Shown: positions 49,208 through 59,101 of the stretch, piece by piece | Layout: each line of letters starts with the position of its first letter | Numbering within the stretch: position 1 is the stretch's first letter | Origin: Candidatus Omnitrophota bacterium | Lineage (GTDB): Bacteria; Omnitrophota; Gorgyraeia; 1-14-0-20-64-10 | DNA: 64,000 bases | Assembly: GCA_030651065.1 (NCBI GenBank) | Contig: JAUSCU010000077.1 | Location: 13,362 to 77,361, forward strand | Direction: 5' to 3' | The notes under the pieces: generated by a model | Seen by the model: only the letters and a program-made list of their open reading frames with translations | Database searches by the model: none | What the model was told of the DNA's origin: nothing | Translations under genes and position numbers: made by a program

Positions 49208-50350
49208 ATGGGTTCCTGCGTTTTCATCCTGGCCGGAGAATCCTCCGGGGATCTGCATGGCGCCCATCTGGCCAAAGAACTCAAAACCCTCTCCCCCCGC
49301 CTGGAGCTGACCGGCTTCGGCGGCGCCGAAATGCGAGCGGCCGGCGTCGAGATCCTGGAGGATCCCACCCGCATCGCGGTGATCGGTCTCTTCGAGGTCT
49401 TGCGCCACCTCTCCGATTTCAAACGGCTGTTCCGCCGGGCGGTGCAAATCCTGGACGAGCGCCGTCCCGACCTCGTCGTCCTGATCGATTACCCCGGCTT
49501 TAATCTGCGCTTCGCGCGGGAGGTCAGAAAGCGCGGCATCCGGTTGGTCTACTACATCAGCCCGCAGATCTGGGCCTGGGACCCCGGCCGCATCCGAACC
49601 ATCAAACGTCGGGTGGACCGGATGCTGGTCCTCTTCCCCTTTGAAGAGGCCCTCTACAAGAAAGCCGGCGTGCCGGTCACTTTCGTCGGTCACCCGCTGG
49701 TCGAGCAGGTCCGGCCCAATCCCCGGAGGATCGAAGCGTTGGAGAGCTTGGGGCTGGCCGACGGACTTCCGGTGATCGGCCTCCTGCCCGGCTCGCGGGA
49801 GGTGGAGGTCCGGCGGCTCCTGCCGGTCCTGCTGGCCGCCGGCGAAAAGATGAAGGAGGCCCTGCCCTCCTCGGCCCGGTTCCTGCTGATCAAGGCGCCT
49901 CACCTACCCTGGGAGATTTACCAGGAACACCTCCGGCACTCCAGCCTGAACCCGAAAGTAGCGGAACGCTGGGACTACGACGGCATCCACGCCTGCGACC
50001 TCGTGCTGGTCGCCTCCGGCACCGCCACGCTGGAATGCGCGCTGCTGGAACGGCCGATGGTGATCGTCTACAAAACCTCCTGGCCCACCTATCTCCTGTC
50101 CCGCCTGCTGATCCGGATCCCCCACATCGGGCTGGTGAACGTCGTGGCCGGCCGGAAAGTGGTCCCCGAGCTAATCCAGCGGGAGGCCAATCCCTCCCGG
50201 ATAGCGGCAGAGGCGCTGGCCCTTCGGAATGACGCGCGGCGGCGGGAGAAGATGAAAGAGGATTTTGTGGAAATCAGGCGATCGCTTGGGAGCCCGGGCG
50301 CCAGCCGCCGCGCGGCGGAAGCAATCCTGGCGGAGCTGAATAAGAGCTAG
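49208..50350 (+). CDS. lpxB: Lipid-A-disaccharide synthase
   Basis: AGESSGDLHG, IDYPGFN, PQIWAW, LLPGSR, ASGTATLE. Confidence 0.95.
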   Translation: MGSCVFILAGESSGDLHGAHLAKELKTLSPRLELTGFGGAEMRAAGVEILEDPTRIAVIGLFEVLRHLSDFKRLFRRAVQILDERRPDLVVLIDYPGFNLRFAREVRKRGIRLVYYISPQIWAWDPGRIRTIKRRVDRMLVLFPFEEALYKKAGVPVTFVGHPLVEQVRPNPRRIEALESLGLADGLPVIGLLPGSREVEVRRLLPVLLAAGEKMKEALPSSARFLLIKAPHLPWEIYQEHLRHSSLNPKVAERWDYDGIHACDLVLVASGTATLECALLERPMVIVYKTSWPTYLLSRLLIRIPHIGLVNVVAGRKVVPELIQREANPSRIAAEALALRNDARRREKMKEDFVEIRRSLGSPGASRRAAEAILAELNKS

Positions 50351-50733
50351 ACGGACAAGGCTTGATGAATCGTCTGGAGCAGCTCTTCCGCCTGGTAAGG
50401 CTTTCCGAGGATGGCGTAGCCTTCGTCCGGTCCTAAGTTGTGCTGGGCCGGAGCAGTGTTTTTAGCCAAGGCACTCAGGAAAATAATGGGGATCTTGGAG
50501 GTCGAAGGATCTTGCTTTAAGGCATGGTAGGTCTCGATCCCATCCTTTCCCGGCATCAGGATGTCCAGCAGGATAAGATCCGGCCGAGTCTCCCCCGCCC
50601 GCACAATCGCCGAAAAGCCATCCGCGGCTTCCAGTACCTCAAACTGACTGGCTTCCAACCGTCTGCGCAAAAAGGCGCGGATATCGGCCTCATCGTCAAC
50701 GACTAAAATCTTCTTTCGTGTCTCCACGATCAA
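50347..50733 (-). CDS. Single-domain response regulator
   Basis: ILVVDDE, LLDILMPGKDG, KP. Confidence 0.88.
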   Translation of the reverse strand: MIVETRKKILVVDDEADIRAFLRRRLEASQFEVLEAADGFSAIVRAGETRPDLILLDILMPGKDGIETYHALKQDPSTSKIPIIFLSALAKNTAPAQHNLGPDEGYAILGKPYQAEELLQTIHQALSV

Positions 50734-50810
50734 AGTATCGCCGATCAGGGATCGGCGTTCAAGAGAAGGTGGTAAAGGTGAAAATGCGAAAAAGGGTAGG
50801 AGGAGGGAGG

Positions 50811-52133
50811 TTAGTCCCGATTCCAGAAAGGGGAGGCGGAGTTATTTCGAACCGACAACGTGATCAACAACCAGCCGGTAGAGGCAGTGGATTCCAAATC
50901 GGAGAAGGTATCTCCATCGGCGTTTGTGTAGCGCGAAAGCGCGTATGGAAGGGCTCCATGCCACTTTCCCTGAGACTGCCAGGTGGTCTGGATCCTGGAA
51001 ACATCGTTCAGAATTCGATCGGCCACGGCCGTTTGTCCCACCCGCTTGTACGCGGCCGCGACACCCAGCGTTCCCTCCAGCCAAATCGTTCCGCGGGCGG
51101 AATCCGGCGCGTAGCCGGTCACGGAAACCGAGCTTCCAGAGATCGTCCGCGTGTTCTTGAAAGTGGATTCCACGTATTGCAGGGCTTTATTGGCCTGCGC
51201 GGTCCTTCCAACCGCCCAGAGAAAAATGGCACCCCAGGAGTTGGCGTCCAGCGCAGGTGTGGAATCCCCGATCCCCTGCAGGAAATGACCGCTGGTGCCG
51301 CCGGTTGCCACCCAATGCCGGGTTAAGAGGGAGTTCTTAATCTGGACAGCCGTCGACTGGTAGGTGCTCTTCCGGGTGACCCGGTACAGTTCCCGGTAAA
51401 AGAAATAGGCATCGATGTTGTGCTCCGTGGAGCGCCAACTCACGTCTGGTCCGCCCCGCAGAGAACCGGAGGAGACCTGAAGTCCCTTAAGATAAACCGC
51501 GATCTTCTCGGCGTTGGCTTGGAAGGTCCTGTCGCCGGTCAATCGCTGGTAGAGAGCCATCGCGTATCCCACCCAGGCCAGTGTCCCGGTCCGAACCCGG
51601 CTGTCCGTCCAGCTGGAATCCACCTGGTAAGAGAAACCAAGGGTGCCGTTAGGCGCCATCAGCCGTTGAAGAGCAGCGAGAACCGATCGAGCATCGCCGG
51701 ACCGGCCCTGCAAAAGGAAGGAAATGGCTCCCACCGCGTTGTCGTAGGTGTAGGAACGCCCCGTCAGAAACGGAGCGAGGGGATCTACGGGTGGAACCGC
51801 GTAGCTCACCAAAAGACCGGTCCGGCCAGGAATCGGCTGAATCCCCGTTGCCAAGGGATTATCCCGATTCGCCAGCCAGTTCAAACTCCCCTCTCCCAAA
51901 ACAGACTGCAGCGTGGTTGAGAAAGCGAGGTTTTGAACCCTCGCTAATTCCACGGATTGAAGGCGCATGAGTTCCGCCTGCTGAGCCTGCTGATCAGCCA
52001 GAGTGCGCGAGAGGGTCGCGCTCGCCGACTCCACGCGATCTTCCTGAGGAGAGACGGAACGCGCGGAGGCCGGAGAAACCAACCCGGCGAAACCAGCGAC
52101 CGTCAGGAGAAGAGCCAGAATCTTTTTGTTCAC
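50811..52133 (-). CDS. Secreted hypothetical protein, possible (alpha/alpha)6 glycosidase-like fold
   Basis: Signal peptide from GTG 52133; SYTYDNA, STEHNID, IWLEGT motifs. Confidence 0.6.
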   Translation of the reverse strand: MNKKILALLLTVAGFAGLVSPASARSVSPQEDRVESASATLSRTLADQQAQQAELMRLQSVELARVQNLAFSTTLQSVLGEGSLNWLANRDNPLATGIQPIPGRTGLLVSYAVPPVDPLAPFLTGRSYTYDNAVGAISFLLQGRSGDARSVLAALQRLMAPNGTLGFSYQVDSSWTDSRVRTGTLAWVGYAMALYQRLTGDRTFQANAEKIAVYLKGLQVSSGSLRGGPDVSWRSTEHNIDAYFFYRELYRVTRKSTYQSTAVQIKNSLLTRHWVATGGTSGHFLQGIGDSTPALDANSWGAIFLWAVGRTAQANKALQYVESTFKNTRTISGSSVSVTGYAPDSARGTIWLEGTLGVAAAYKRVGQTAVADRILNDVSRIQTTWQSQGKWHGALPYALSRYTNADGDTFSDLESTASTGWLLITLSVRNNSASPFWNRD

Positions 52134-52155
52134 AGGGATGATTATACTCGCCTCG

Positions 52156-53499
52156 TTAGAGGAGGGGAAGGTAGATTTTGCGTTCGAAATCGGTGACGGC
52201 GGCCCGGTAGCGCTCCCACTCGATCCGCTTGTTCTGCAGAAAAGAGGTAAAGATGTGTTCTCCCAGGGCTTTGCGCAGCAGCTTGGAGCCTTCCGCGGCA
52301 GCAATCGCTTCCCCAAGGTCGCGCGGCAGGGACTGGATCCCCAGCTTGCGCCTCTCCTCATCGGTGAAGCGGGCAACGTTGGTTTCGGCCGCAGGCTGCA
52401 GCGTCAGGGGCTCTTTCGACTTGAGCCCGTCCAGCCCGGCCGCCAGGATCACGCTGAATGCCAGATAGGGGTTGCAGGCCGGATCGGGGCTCCTGAGCTC
52501 CAGCCGGAAGTCCGATTCCTTCCCTGGCTTGGTCTGCGGGATCCGGACCAGATCCGAGCGGTTTGTCATCGCCCAGGTAACGTAGACCGGCGCCTCGTAT
52601 CCGGGGATCAGCCGCTTGTAGGAATTCACCCACTGGTTGGTCACCACAGTGAACTCCCGCACATGGCGCAGGATGCCGGACAGGAACCGCTTGCCGGTGT
52701 CGGAGAGCCCGCGCTTGTCGCTCCGGTCGAAAAAGAGGTTCTTCTCCCCCTGGAACAGGGAGATGTTGACGTGCATGCCGGACCCATTCTGGCCCTGTAG
52801 GGGCTTGGGCATGAAGGTGGCGTAGACACCGTGCTTCAGGGCGATCTCCTTCACCACCAGCCGGTAGGTCATCAGGTTGTCGGCCACCGTCAAGGCGTCG
52901 GCATAGCGGAAATCGATCTCGTGCTGGGAGGGAGCCGCCTCATGGTGGCTGAACTGGACGCCAACCCCCAGCTCCTCCATCGCCAGGATCGTCTCCCGGC
53001 GCAGGTCGGTGGCCAAATCCAGGGGGGTCAGATCGAAGTACCCGCCGGAATCCAGCGGGGTCGGATCCTCGGCCGACTTGAAGTAGAAATGCTCCAGCTC
53101 CGGACCCACGTAGAAGGTGTATCCCAAAGCCGCCGCCTCCTTGAGATTCTTCTTAAGGATGAAGCGGGGGTCTCCCTCAAACGGCTGGCCGCCGGGCTTC
53201 ACGATGTCGCAGATCATGCGAGCCACCGCGTTCTCCTTTGGCCGCCACGGAAGAATCGCGAAGGTGTTCGGGTCGGGCATCGCGATCATGTCCGACTCAT
53301 CCGCCCGCGTGAAGCCATCCACCGCGGAGCCGTCAAAACCGACCCCCTCCTCGAGCGCCTCCTCCAACTCCTCGATCGTGATCGCCACGTTCTTCAAAGC
53401 GCCGAGGATGTCGGTGAACCAGAGGCGGATAAACTTCACGCCCAGGTCCCGGGCGGTCTTCAAAACGTACTCTTTATCTTTGAGAGTGGAGGACGGCAT
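52156..53499 (-). CDS. glnA: Glutamine synthetase (GSI-alpha-like paralog)
   Basis: FDGS, ESDM, HHE.APSQHE, TFMPKP...NGSGMH, GYEAP, DPACNPY. Confidence 0.9.
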   Translation of the reverse strand: MPSSTLKDKEYVLKTARDLGVKFIRLWFTDILGALKNVAITIEELEEALEEGVGFDGSAVDGFTRADESDMIAMPDPNTFAILPWRPKENAVARMICDIVKPGGQPFEGDPRFILKKNLKEAAALGYTFYVGPELEHFYFKSAEDPTPLDSGGYFDLTPLDLATDLRRETILAMEELGVGVQFSHHEAAPSQHEIDFRYADALTVADNLMTYRLVVKEIALKHGVYATFMPKPLQGQNGSGMHVNISLFQGEKNLFFDRSDKRGLSDTGKRFLSGILRHVREFTVVTNQWVNSYKRLIPGYEAPVYVTWAMTNRSDLVRIPQTKPGKESDFRLELRSPDPACNPYLAFSVILAAGLDGLKSKEPLTLQPAAETNVARFTDEERRKLGIQSLPRDLGEAIAAAEGSKLLRKALGEHIFTSFLQNKRIEWERYRAAVTDFERKIYLPLL

Positions 53500-53521
53500 C
53501 TTTTCCTTTCAAGCCTTTAGA

Positions 53522-53591
53522 GACACAGAACCCCACACCCGGTTGCCTTCCCCGTTGCGGGGAGCTTCCGGGTGCGGGGTCTTTCTGTGCC
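53522..53591 (-). other. Long intergenic stem-loop between the glnA paralogs
   Basis: Nested stems cacagaa, cccc.cacccgg and cccc-gcaac-gggg separated by internal loops. Confidence 0.55.
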
Positions 53592-53601
53592 CTACGAAAT
53601 C

Positions 53602-55122
53602 TTAAACGTCGAAGTAGAGGTAGAACTCCCAGGGATGCGGCCGGAGCCGGACCGGATCGACTTCCTTCTCCACCTTGTAGTCGAGCCAGGTGTCTATTAA
53701 ATCCTGGGTGAAGACGCCGCCGCGCAGGAGGTAATCGTGGTCCTTCTCCAAAGCGCTGAGCGCTTCACTGAGCGAAGACGGAACCGTCGCGATCTTGGCC
53801 AACCGCTCCTTCGACAGGCTGAACAGGTCCTCATCGACCGGCTGACCCGGGTCGATCTTGTTGAGGATGCCGTCCAAACCGGCCATCATGAGGGCCGAGA
53901 AAGCCAGGTACGGGTTCGCGGCAGCATCCGGCGGGCGGAATTCCACGCGCCGCGCCTTGGGGCTGTTGGAGTACGTCGGGATACGGCACGCGGCGGAGCG
54001 GTTGCGCTGGCTGTAGACCAGGTTAACCGGCGCCTCGTAACCCGGCACCAACCGCTTGTAGGAGTTGGTGGTGGGCGCGCAGATGGCCATCAGGGACTTG
54101 CCGTGCTTGATGAGCCCCCCGATGTACCACTTGCACAGCTGGGAGATCAGCGCGTAGCCCTTCGCGTCGTAGAACAGCGGCTCGCCGTTCTTCCACAGCG
54201 ACTGGTGGCAGTGCATGCCGGACCCGTTGTCCTGGAACAGGGGCTTGGGCATGAAGGTGGCCACCATGTTGTGCTTGCGGGCCACGTTCTTGACGATGTA
54301 CTTGTTCAGCATCAGCTTGTCCGCCATCGTGGTCAGCGAATCGAACCGCATGTCGATCTCGCACTGGCCGGCGGTCGCCACCTCATGATGGTGGACTTCC
54401 ACCGGGATCCCGCACTTGATCATCGTCAGGATCATCTCGCTCCGGATGTCCTGCAGCGTGTCGCTCGGGGGGACCGGATAATACCCTTCCTTGTTACGGG
54501 TCTTGTAGGAGAGGTTCGGCTTCTCATCCGCGCCGGTGTTCCATTCCCCCTCCACCGAGTCGATGAAGTAATAGGCGCTGTTCTGGTTCTGCGCGAAACG
54601 AACGTCGTTGAACAGGAAGAACTCCGCCTCCGGACCGAAGTAAGCGGTGTCCGCGATGCCGGTCGTTCTCAAGTAGGCCTCCGCCTTCTGGGCGATGAAA
54701 CGGGGGCTGCGGCTGTACGGCTTGCGCGTGAGAGGGTCGATGATGTCGCAGACCAACGACAGCGAGGGGATCTGGTACACGGGATCCACGATCGCGGTGG
54801 CCGCGTTCGGAATCAGCAGCATGTCCGACTCGTTGATCTTCTGGAAACCGCGGATCGAGGAGCCGTCAAACCCAAAACCCTCATTCCAACTCGACGGGGT
54901 CAGCTGGGCGGCGGCAACCGACACGTGCTGCCAGGTGCCGGGGAGGTCGGTGAACTTGAAATCGACGATCTCGATTTTATTGTCCTTGATCAGCTTGTAC
55001 GCCCGCTCTATGGCGGCCGGAGCGGACCGGAACGGATTCTCGGGAACCTGCACGGAAGACGCCTTCGAGCCGTTGCTGGCCTTGGGCTTTGAAACCGTCG
55101 CTGTACCACGACCTTTCGCCAT
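53602..55122 (-). CDS. glnA: Type I glutamine synthetase (GSI-beta)
   Basis: [41 protein letters not shown]; beta-type insertion. Confidence 0.95.
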   Translation of the reverse strand: MAKGRGTATVSKPKASNGSKASSVQVPENPFRSAPAAIERAYKLIKDNKIEIVDFKFTDLPGTWQHVSVAAAQLTPSSWNEGFGFDGSSIRGFQKINESDMLLIPNAATAIVDPVYQIPSLSLVCDIIDPLTRKPYSRSPRFIAQKAEAYLRTTGIADTAYFGPEAEFFLFNDVRFAQNQNSAYYFIDSVEGEWNTGADEKPNLSYKTRNKEGYYPVPPSDTLQDIRSEMILTMIKCGIPVEVHHHEVATAGQCEIDMRFDSLTTMADKLMLNKYIVKNVARKHNMVATFMPKPLFQDNGSGMHCHQSLWKNGEPLFYDAKGYALISQLCKWYIGGLIKHGKSLMAICAPTTNSYKRLVPGYEAPVNLVYSQRNRSAACRIPTYSNSPKARRVEFRPPDAAANPYLAFSALMMAGLDGILNKIDPGQPVDEDLFSLSKERLAKIATVPSSLSEALSALEKDHDYLLRGGVFTQDLIDTWLDYKVEKEVDPVRLRPHPWEFYLYFDV

Positions 55123-55250
55123 CAGAACCTCCTGTTAGAGAAAATGGACCCCTTCAAGTGACATCCACTGATTGGATTATTCAGTAGGAAGACAGGGCCG
55201 GCTGGGGCGGCCGGCCCAGGTGTTATTGGCGCCTATTTTCTCCCCGGCGC

Positions 55251-55288
55251 GTTAATTCCAGGTTACAGCTATGTTAAATCTGGGTTAC
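55251..55288 (-). promoter_or_regulatory. GlnR-type box: GTAAC-n6-TTAAC-n6-GTAAC-n6-TTAAC
   Basis: Four pentamers at exact 11-bp period upstream of glnA. Confidence 0.75.
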
Positions 55289-55623
55289 AGCGCGGCCTCT
55301 CCCGTCTCACCAGTCCGAATCCGAACCACCTCCTCCACAGGAGAGACGAATATCTTGCCGTCCCCAACCCCGCCGGTCTTGGCCGTATCCTGGATCGCCT
55401 GGACGATCTTCTTGACGTCCTTGTCGCTGACCACAATCTCCAGGCGCACCTTGGGCAGCAGCTCGACGCGGTACTGTTCCCCCCGCCACTGTTGCACGAT
55501 CCCTTTCTGTTTGCCGTGCCCTTCCACCTCGGTGATGTTCAGGCCCGGGAAACCGACTTTCTCAAGCGCGTGCCGGACGTCGTCCAGCTTCTCTTGGCGC
55601 AAAATCGCTTCAATCTTCTTCAT
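55285..55623 (-). CDS. glnK: P-II nitrogen regulator
   Basis: GHGKQKG..QQWRGEQY, GDGKIFV, RIRTGE; linked to amtB. Confidence 0.92.
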   Translation of the reverse strand: MKKIEAILRQEKLDDVRHALEKVGFPGLNITEVEGHGKQKGIVQQWRGEQYRVELLPKVRLEIVVSDKDVKKIVQAIQDTAKTGGVGDGKIFVSPVEEVVRIRTGETGEAAL

Positions 55624-56987
55624 CTCTTGCTCCCTCCGTTGACCGCCTCGGGCGTTTCGCTCGGAAGGGCGGAAACCGTGGTAAAGGAATAGGCCGGCTT
55701 ACGGATCACGAACTCAGGATAAGCCGAGTTGCCATGTTCGCCCGCATCCAAACCGCCGAGTTCCTCCTGCAGGGAAACCCGAATCCCCATCGTGACCTTC
55801 AACAGCGCCCAGAGGACGGCAAAAGCGATGAAGGAAAAGACCCCCACCCCGAAAACGCCGGTCGCCTGCGCCGCCAGCAGCTTGGTCCCGCCGCCGAAGA
55901 AGAGGCCGTTGCCGGTCGTGTTCGGCATGAAGAGATCCTGAGCGAACAGGCCGACCGCGAGCGTGCCCCAGATGCCGTTGACCAAGTGCACCGATGTGGC
56001 GCCCACCGGGTCGTCGATCCGTAGCCGGTCGAACAAAGGAACGGCCAGGACTACCAGAACGCCGGCGACCGCGCCAATGATCAGCGAGCTTTCCACGCTG
56101 ACGAAGGCGCAGGGGGCCGTCACCGCCACTAAACCGGCCAGACAACCGTTCAGCGTCATCCCTAAGTCCGGCTTGCCCATGGTGAAGCAGGAGGTAAACG
56201 TCGCCGCCAGGATGCCGGCGATGGCAGCGGAGTTGGTCGTGACGCAGATCCGGGCTATCGCGCCCGGGTCGGCTGCCATCGTTGAGCCGGGGTTGAACCC
56301 GAACCACCCAAGCCACAGGATGAAGGTGCCGATCGTCGCCATTCCCAGATTGTGGCCGGGAGTCGGCGTGATCGATCCATCTTGACGATATTTTCCAAAC
56401 CGGGGTCCCAGGATTAGCGCGCCCGCCAAGGCTCCCCAGCCTCCCACTGAGTGGACAACGGTGGAGCCGGCGAAATCCCAGAATCCGGCCTTTGCCAGCC
56501 ATCCCCCGCCCCAGATCCAGTGCCCAACCACCGGGTAGACCAACCCGCACAGGAAGAACGAGAAAACCAGGAAGGAGAAATACTTGATCCTCCCGCCCAC
56601 CGCTCCGGACACGATCGTGGCTGCTGTTCCGGCGAAGACCAGCTGAAAGAAAAACTTCGCCATCAGCGGAACACCCGTCCAGCTCAAAGCACTGTAAACC
56701 CCTTTGTAGGCTTCGCCGGCAGCCGGAGAATTATCGGCCCCATGCAGCATCAACAACCCTTGCAGGCCGAACCAGCCGTTGCCATCCCCGAACTGGAGGC
56801 CGAAACCGATCCACCAGTAAGCGAGGGACGCGATCGCGAAAACCACGAAATTTTTCGACAGAATGTTGACGCAGTTCTTTTGCGGCTGAAAACCCGCCTC
56901 CACCGTCGCGAAACCGGCGTTCATCCAGAACACCAGCATCGCGGTGACTAATGTCCAAATTGTATCGAGTGCTACCTTGGCGTCCAC
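55620..56987 (-). CDS. amtB: Ammonium transporter
   Basis: DFAGSTVVH, WFGFNPGS, DDPVGA.SVH. Confidence 0.95.
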   Translation of the reverse strand: MDAKVALDTIWTLVTAMLVFWMNAGFATVEAGFQPQKNCVNILSKNFVVFAIASLAYWWIGFGLQFGDGNGWFGLQGLLMLHGADNSPAAGEAYKGVYSALSWTGVPLMAKFFFQLVFAGTAATIVSGAVGGRIKYFSFLVFSFFLCGLVYPVVGHWIWGGGWLAKAGFWDFAGSTVVHSVGGWGALAGALILGPRFGKYRQDGSITPTPGHNLGMATIGTFILWLGWFGFNPGSTMAADPGAIARICVTTNSAAIAGILAATFTSCFTMGKPDLGMTLNGCLAGLVAVTAPCAFVSVESSLIIGAVAGVLVVLAVPLFDRLRIDDPVGATSVHLVNGIWGTLAVGLFAQDLFMPNTTGNGLFFGGGTKLLAAQATGVFGVGVFSFIAFAVLWALLKVTMGIRVSLQEELGGLDAGEHGNSAYPEFVIRKPAYSFTTVSALPSETPEAVNGGSKR

Positions 56988-57008
56988 GTGTTGTCTCCTT
57001 TAAACATC

Positions 57009-57037
57009 GAGTACCGGGTACAAAGTACCCGGTACTC
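57009..57037. other. Perfect 13-bp intergenic hairpin
   Basis: gagtaccgggtac-aaa-gtacccggtactc. Confidence 0.65.
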
Positions 57038-57042
57038 TTGTT

Positions 57043-58326
57043 TTAGAACGGGTAAATGACTTCCGCGCTGAGCGTGTCCTGCGTGTTGTCCCTGCTGCTG
57101 CCGGCGTTGAAGACCGCGTCGCTCGCGTGGTCGTGCCGGTATTCCAGCCGGGTGATCAGGTCCTTGTAGACCTTAAACTCGTTGGTGAGCGTGAGTCCCA
57201 AGAGCCCCACCCGCCCTACCCCGTTGTTCGCCCGGACGCCGGTCCGGACGCCGTCGGCATCGTCGAAATACTCCGCCCGCCCTGCCAGCGCGTACCAGTC
57301 GTTCACCTGATACCGCGCGTAGCCGGCCACTCCCTGCCAGGAAGCATCCTCATCGGGTCCTTCCGAAACGGCATCCTGCTCATGACCGTAATCGTAGTTG
57401 AGCTTGAGGCTGAGCTTGTCGGTCGGGTTGTAGCCGAGCACGACATCGAACAGATGCCGTTTATCGCGGTTGTCGCTGTTCTGCTCCGCGCCGTGCAACC
57501 CGGTGACGGAAAGGAAGGTCTTCGGGGTGGGGGTCAAGATCCCCGTCCACTCCACAGTCTTGGCGGTGTTGTTGTCATCCACCACATCCCACCCGTTGTT
57601 CACGCCAAAAACCGTCGTCAGCCAAGACTGCCAGGGATAGCTTACCCGAACACCAGTGTGGGTGAACGGGATCGCGTAACCAAACAGGTAGGAGCGGGAG
57701 AAGTTCCAGTTGTCCTTGGACTCGATCACCTCCGCGCCGTGCAGCGTGACGAACTTTCCGAATTTCACGTTCAAGCCGTTTCCGATCGGCAACAGCGCCT
57801 CGGCGTACATCTGCTGCAGGTCCACCTCATCCGTGGTGGAACCCAGGCCGGTGGTTACCGAACCCACCACCTCGGCATCCTCTCCAAAATCCAGATCAGC
57901 CCGGAACCCCACCGGTGACTCTGAAGAGACCGGCTTCTGCAGCACAATCTCCACCGCGTTCGGCTGGAAGCCGTTGGATTCCGTGTCGAACACCCGCAGG
58001 CTGTTGGCCCGGTTTTCCGGGCTCTGCGTGTTGTAGACATAGGAAGCATCCACGAACCCACTGAGTTGGAGGTTGTGCACCCAGGCCGGGATTTCGGAAG
58101 CTTCGCCTGCCGTGGGGGGAAGCGCCGAACCGGCGGATGCCTGCCGGGCCGATTGCTGCTCCTGGCGGGACAGCCGGTCCTCCAACTGCTTCAGCCGCTC
58201 TTTCAGAACGGCCACTTCGGATTTCAGCGCGGTGGTCTCATCGGCGAGAGCGTGGGACCCGGAAAACGGGACGGAAAGGGAAAGAACCAGGAAAGAGATT
58301 GCTGCTGTTCTGAACCATTGTGTCAT
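57043..58326 (-). CDS. Putative outer-membrane beta-barrel porin (BBP2-like)
   Basis: Signal peptide, coiled coil, GKFVT..GAEVIE, NFSRSYLF..AIPFTHTG, C-terminal YPF. Confidence 0.82.
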   Translation of the reverse strand: MTQWFRTAAISFLVLSLSVPFSGSHALADETTALKSEVAVLKERLKQLEDRLSRQEQQSARQASAGSALPPTAGEASEIPAWVHNLQLSGFVDASYVYNTQSPENRANSLRVFDTESNGFQPNAVEIVLQKPVSSESPVGFRADLDFGEDAEVVGSVTTGLGSTTDEVDLQQMYAEALLPIGNGLNVKFGKFVTLHGAEVIESKDNWNFSRSYLFGYAIPFTHTGVRVSYPWQSWLTTVFGVNNGWDVVDDNNTAKTVEWTGILTPTPKTFLSVTGLHGAEQNSDNRDKRHLFDVVLGYNPTDKLSLKLNYDYGHEQDAVSEGPDEDASWQGVAGYARYQVNDWYALAGRAEYFDDADGVRTGVRANNGVGRVGLLGLTLTNEFKVYKDLITRLEYRHDHASDAVFNAGSSRDNTQDTLSAEVIYPF

Positions 58327-58369
58327 CGGGGAGTGAACCTCCTATTTGAAGGAGATTCTACGGAAAGAG

Positions 58370-58407
58370 ATTACCGCGAAATGACCATTACGTTAAATCC
58401 GTGTTAC
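58370..58407 (-). promoter_or_regulatory. GlnR-type box: GTAAC-n6-TTAAC-n6-GTCAT-n6-GTAAT
   Basis: 11-bp periodic pentamers upstream of porin-amtB-glnK, followed by TAGAAT -10. Confidence 0.65.
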
Positions 58408-58420
58408 GAGCTGGAGGGGC

Positions 58421-59095
58421 CTAGATCTCTTCGAGGAATTTGTAGCCGACGTTGCGGACGGTATCGATGAGGGCAGCGTACTTCGGGCCCAGTTTGGCGC
58501 GCAGGCGGCGCACATGCACATCTACGGTGCGGGTACCACCAATGAAGTTGTAGCCCCAGACCTGGTTCAAAAGCTGGTCCCGGCTAAAGACCCGGCCCGG
58601 ATGCGTGGCCAGGAATTTCAGAAGCTCGAACTCCTTGTAGGTGAGCTCCAGCGGCTCCTTGTTCAAGAGCACCTCGTAGCGGTCCACGTTGATCTCCAGC
58701 GCGCCGAACCGCTTGCCGGCCCCCGGCACCAGGTGGTTGAGGCGGCCTAAGACAAACCGGATGCGCGCCTCCACCCCCTCCGGCTCGGCCGGAAGGATCA
58801 GGAAGTCTTCCAAACCGGAGGTGATCCCCAGTTCCCGAATCTGCCCCGGATGAATCAGCGCGATCAGCGGCAGTTCCTTGCAGGAGGAATTGCGGCGCAC
58901 CTGCTGAACAAGGCCCTGGAGCCGCTCGGACTGAGGCGCCTCCACCAGCCCGAGCGCGAAGCTGCCCTCCTTCTGGCAGAGCCGTTCCAGATCGCCGGCC
59001 TGGCCGGCCCGAACCTGGAACCCCCGCTTCAGCAGCAGGCTCCGGAGCTTTTGAAGATCTCCGTTCTCCGGCCCGATCAGCAGCAGCGTCTCCAT
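58421..59095 (-). CDS. glnR: Atypical OmpR-family regulator resembling actinobacterial GlnR
   Basis: LTYKEFELLKFLATHPGRVF.R.QLL..VWGY...GGTRTVDVHVRRLRAKLG...TVRNVGY; degenerate receiver domain. Confidence 0.75.
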   Translation of the reverse strand: METLLLIGPENGDLQKLRSLLLKRGFQVRAGQAGDLERLCQKEGSFALGLVEAPQSERLQGLVQQVRRNSSCKELPLIALIHPGQIRELGITSGLEDFLILPAEPEGVEARIRFVLGRLNHLVPGAGKRFGALEINVDRYEVLLNKEPLELTYKEFELLKFLATHPGRVFSRDQLLNQVWGYNFIGGTRTVDVHVRRLRAKLGPKYAALIDTVRNVGYKFLEEI

Positions 59096-59101
59096 GAAGC
59101 T

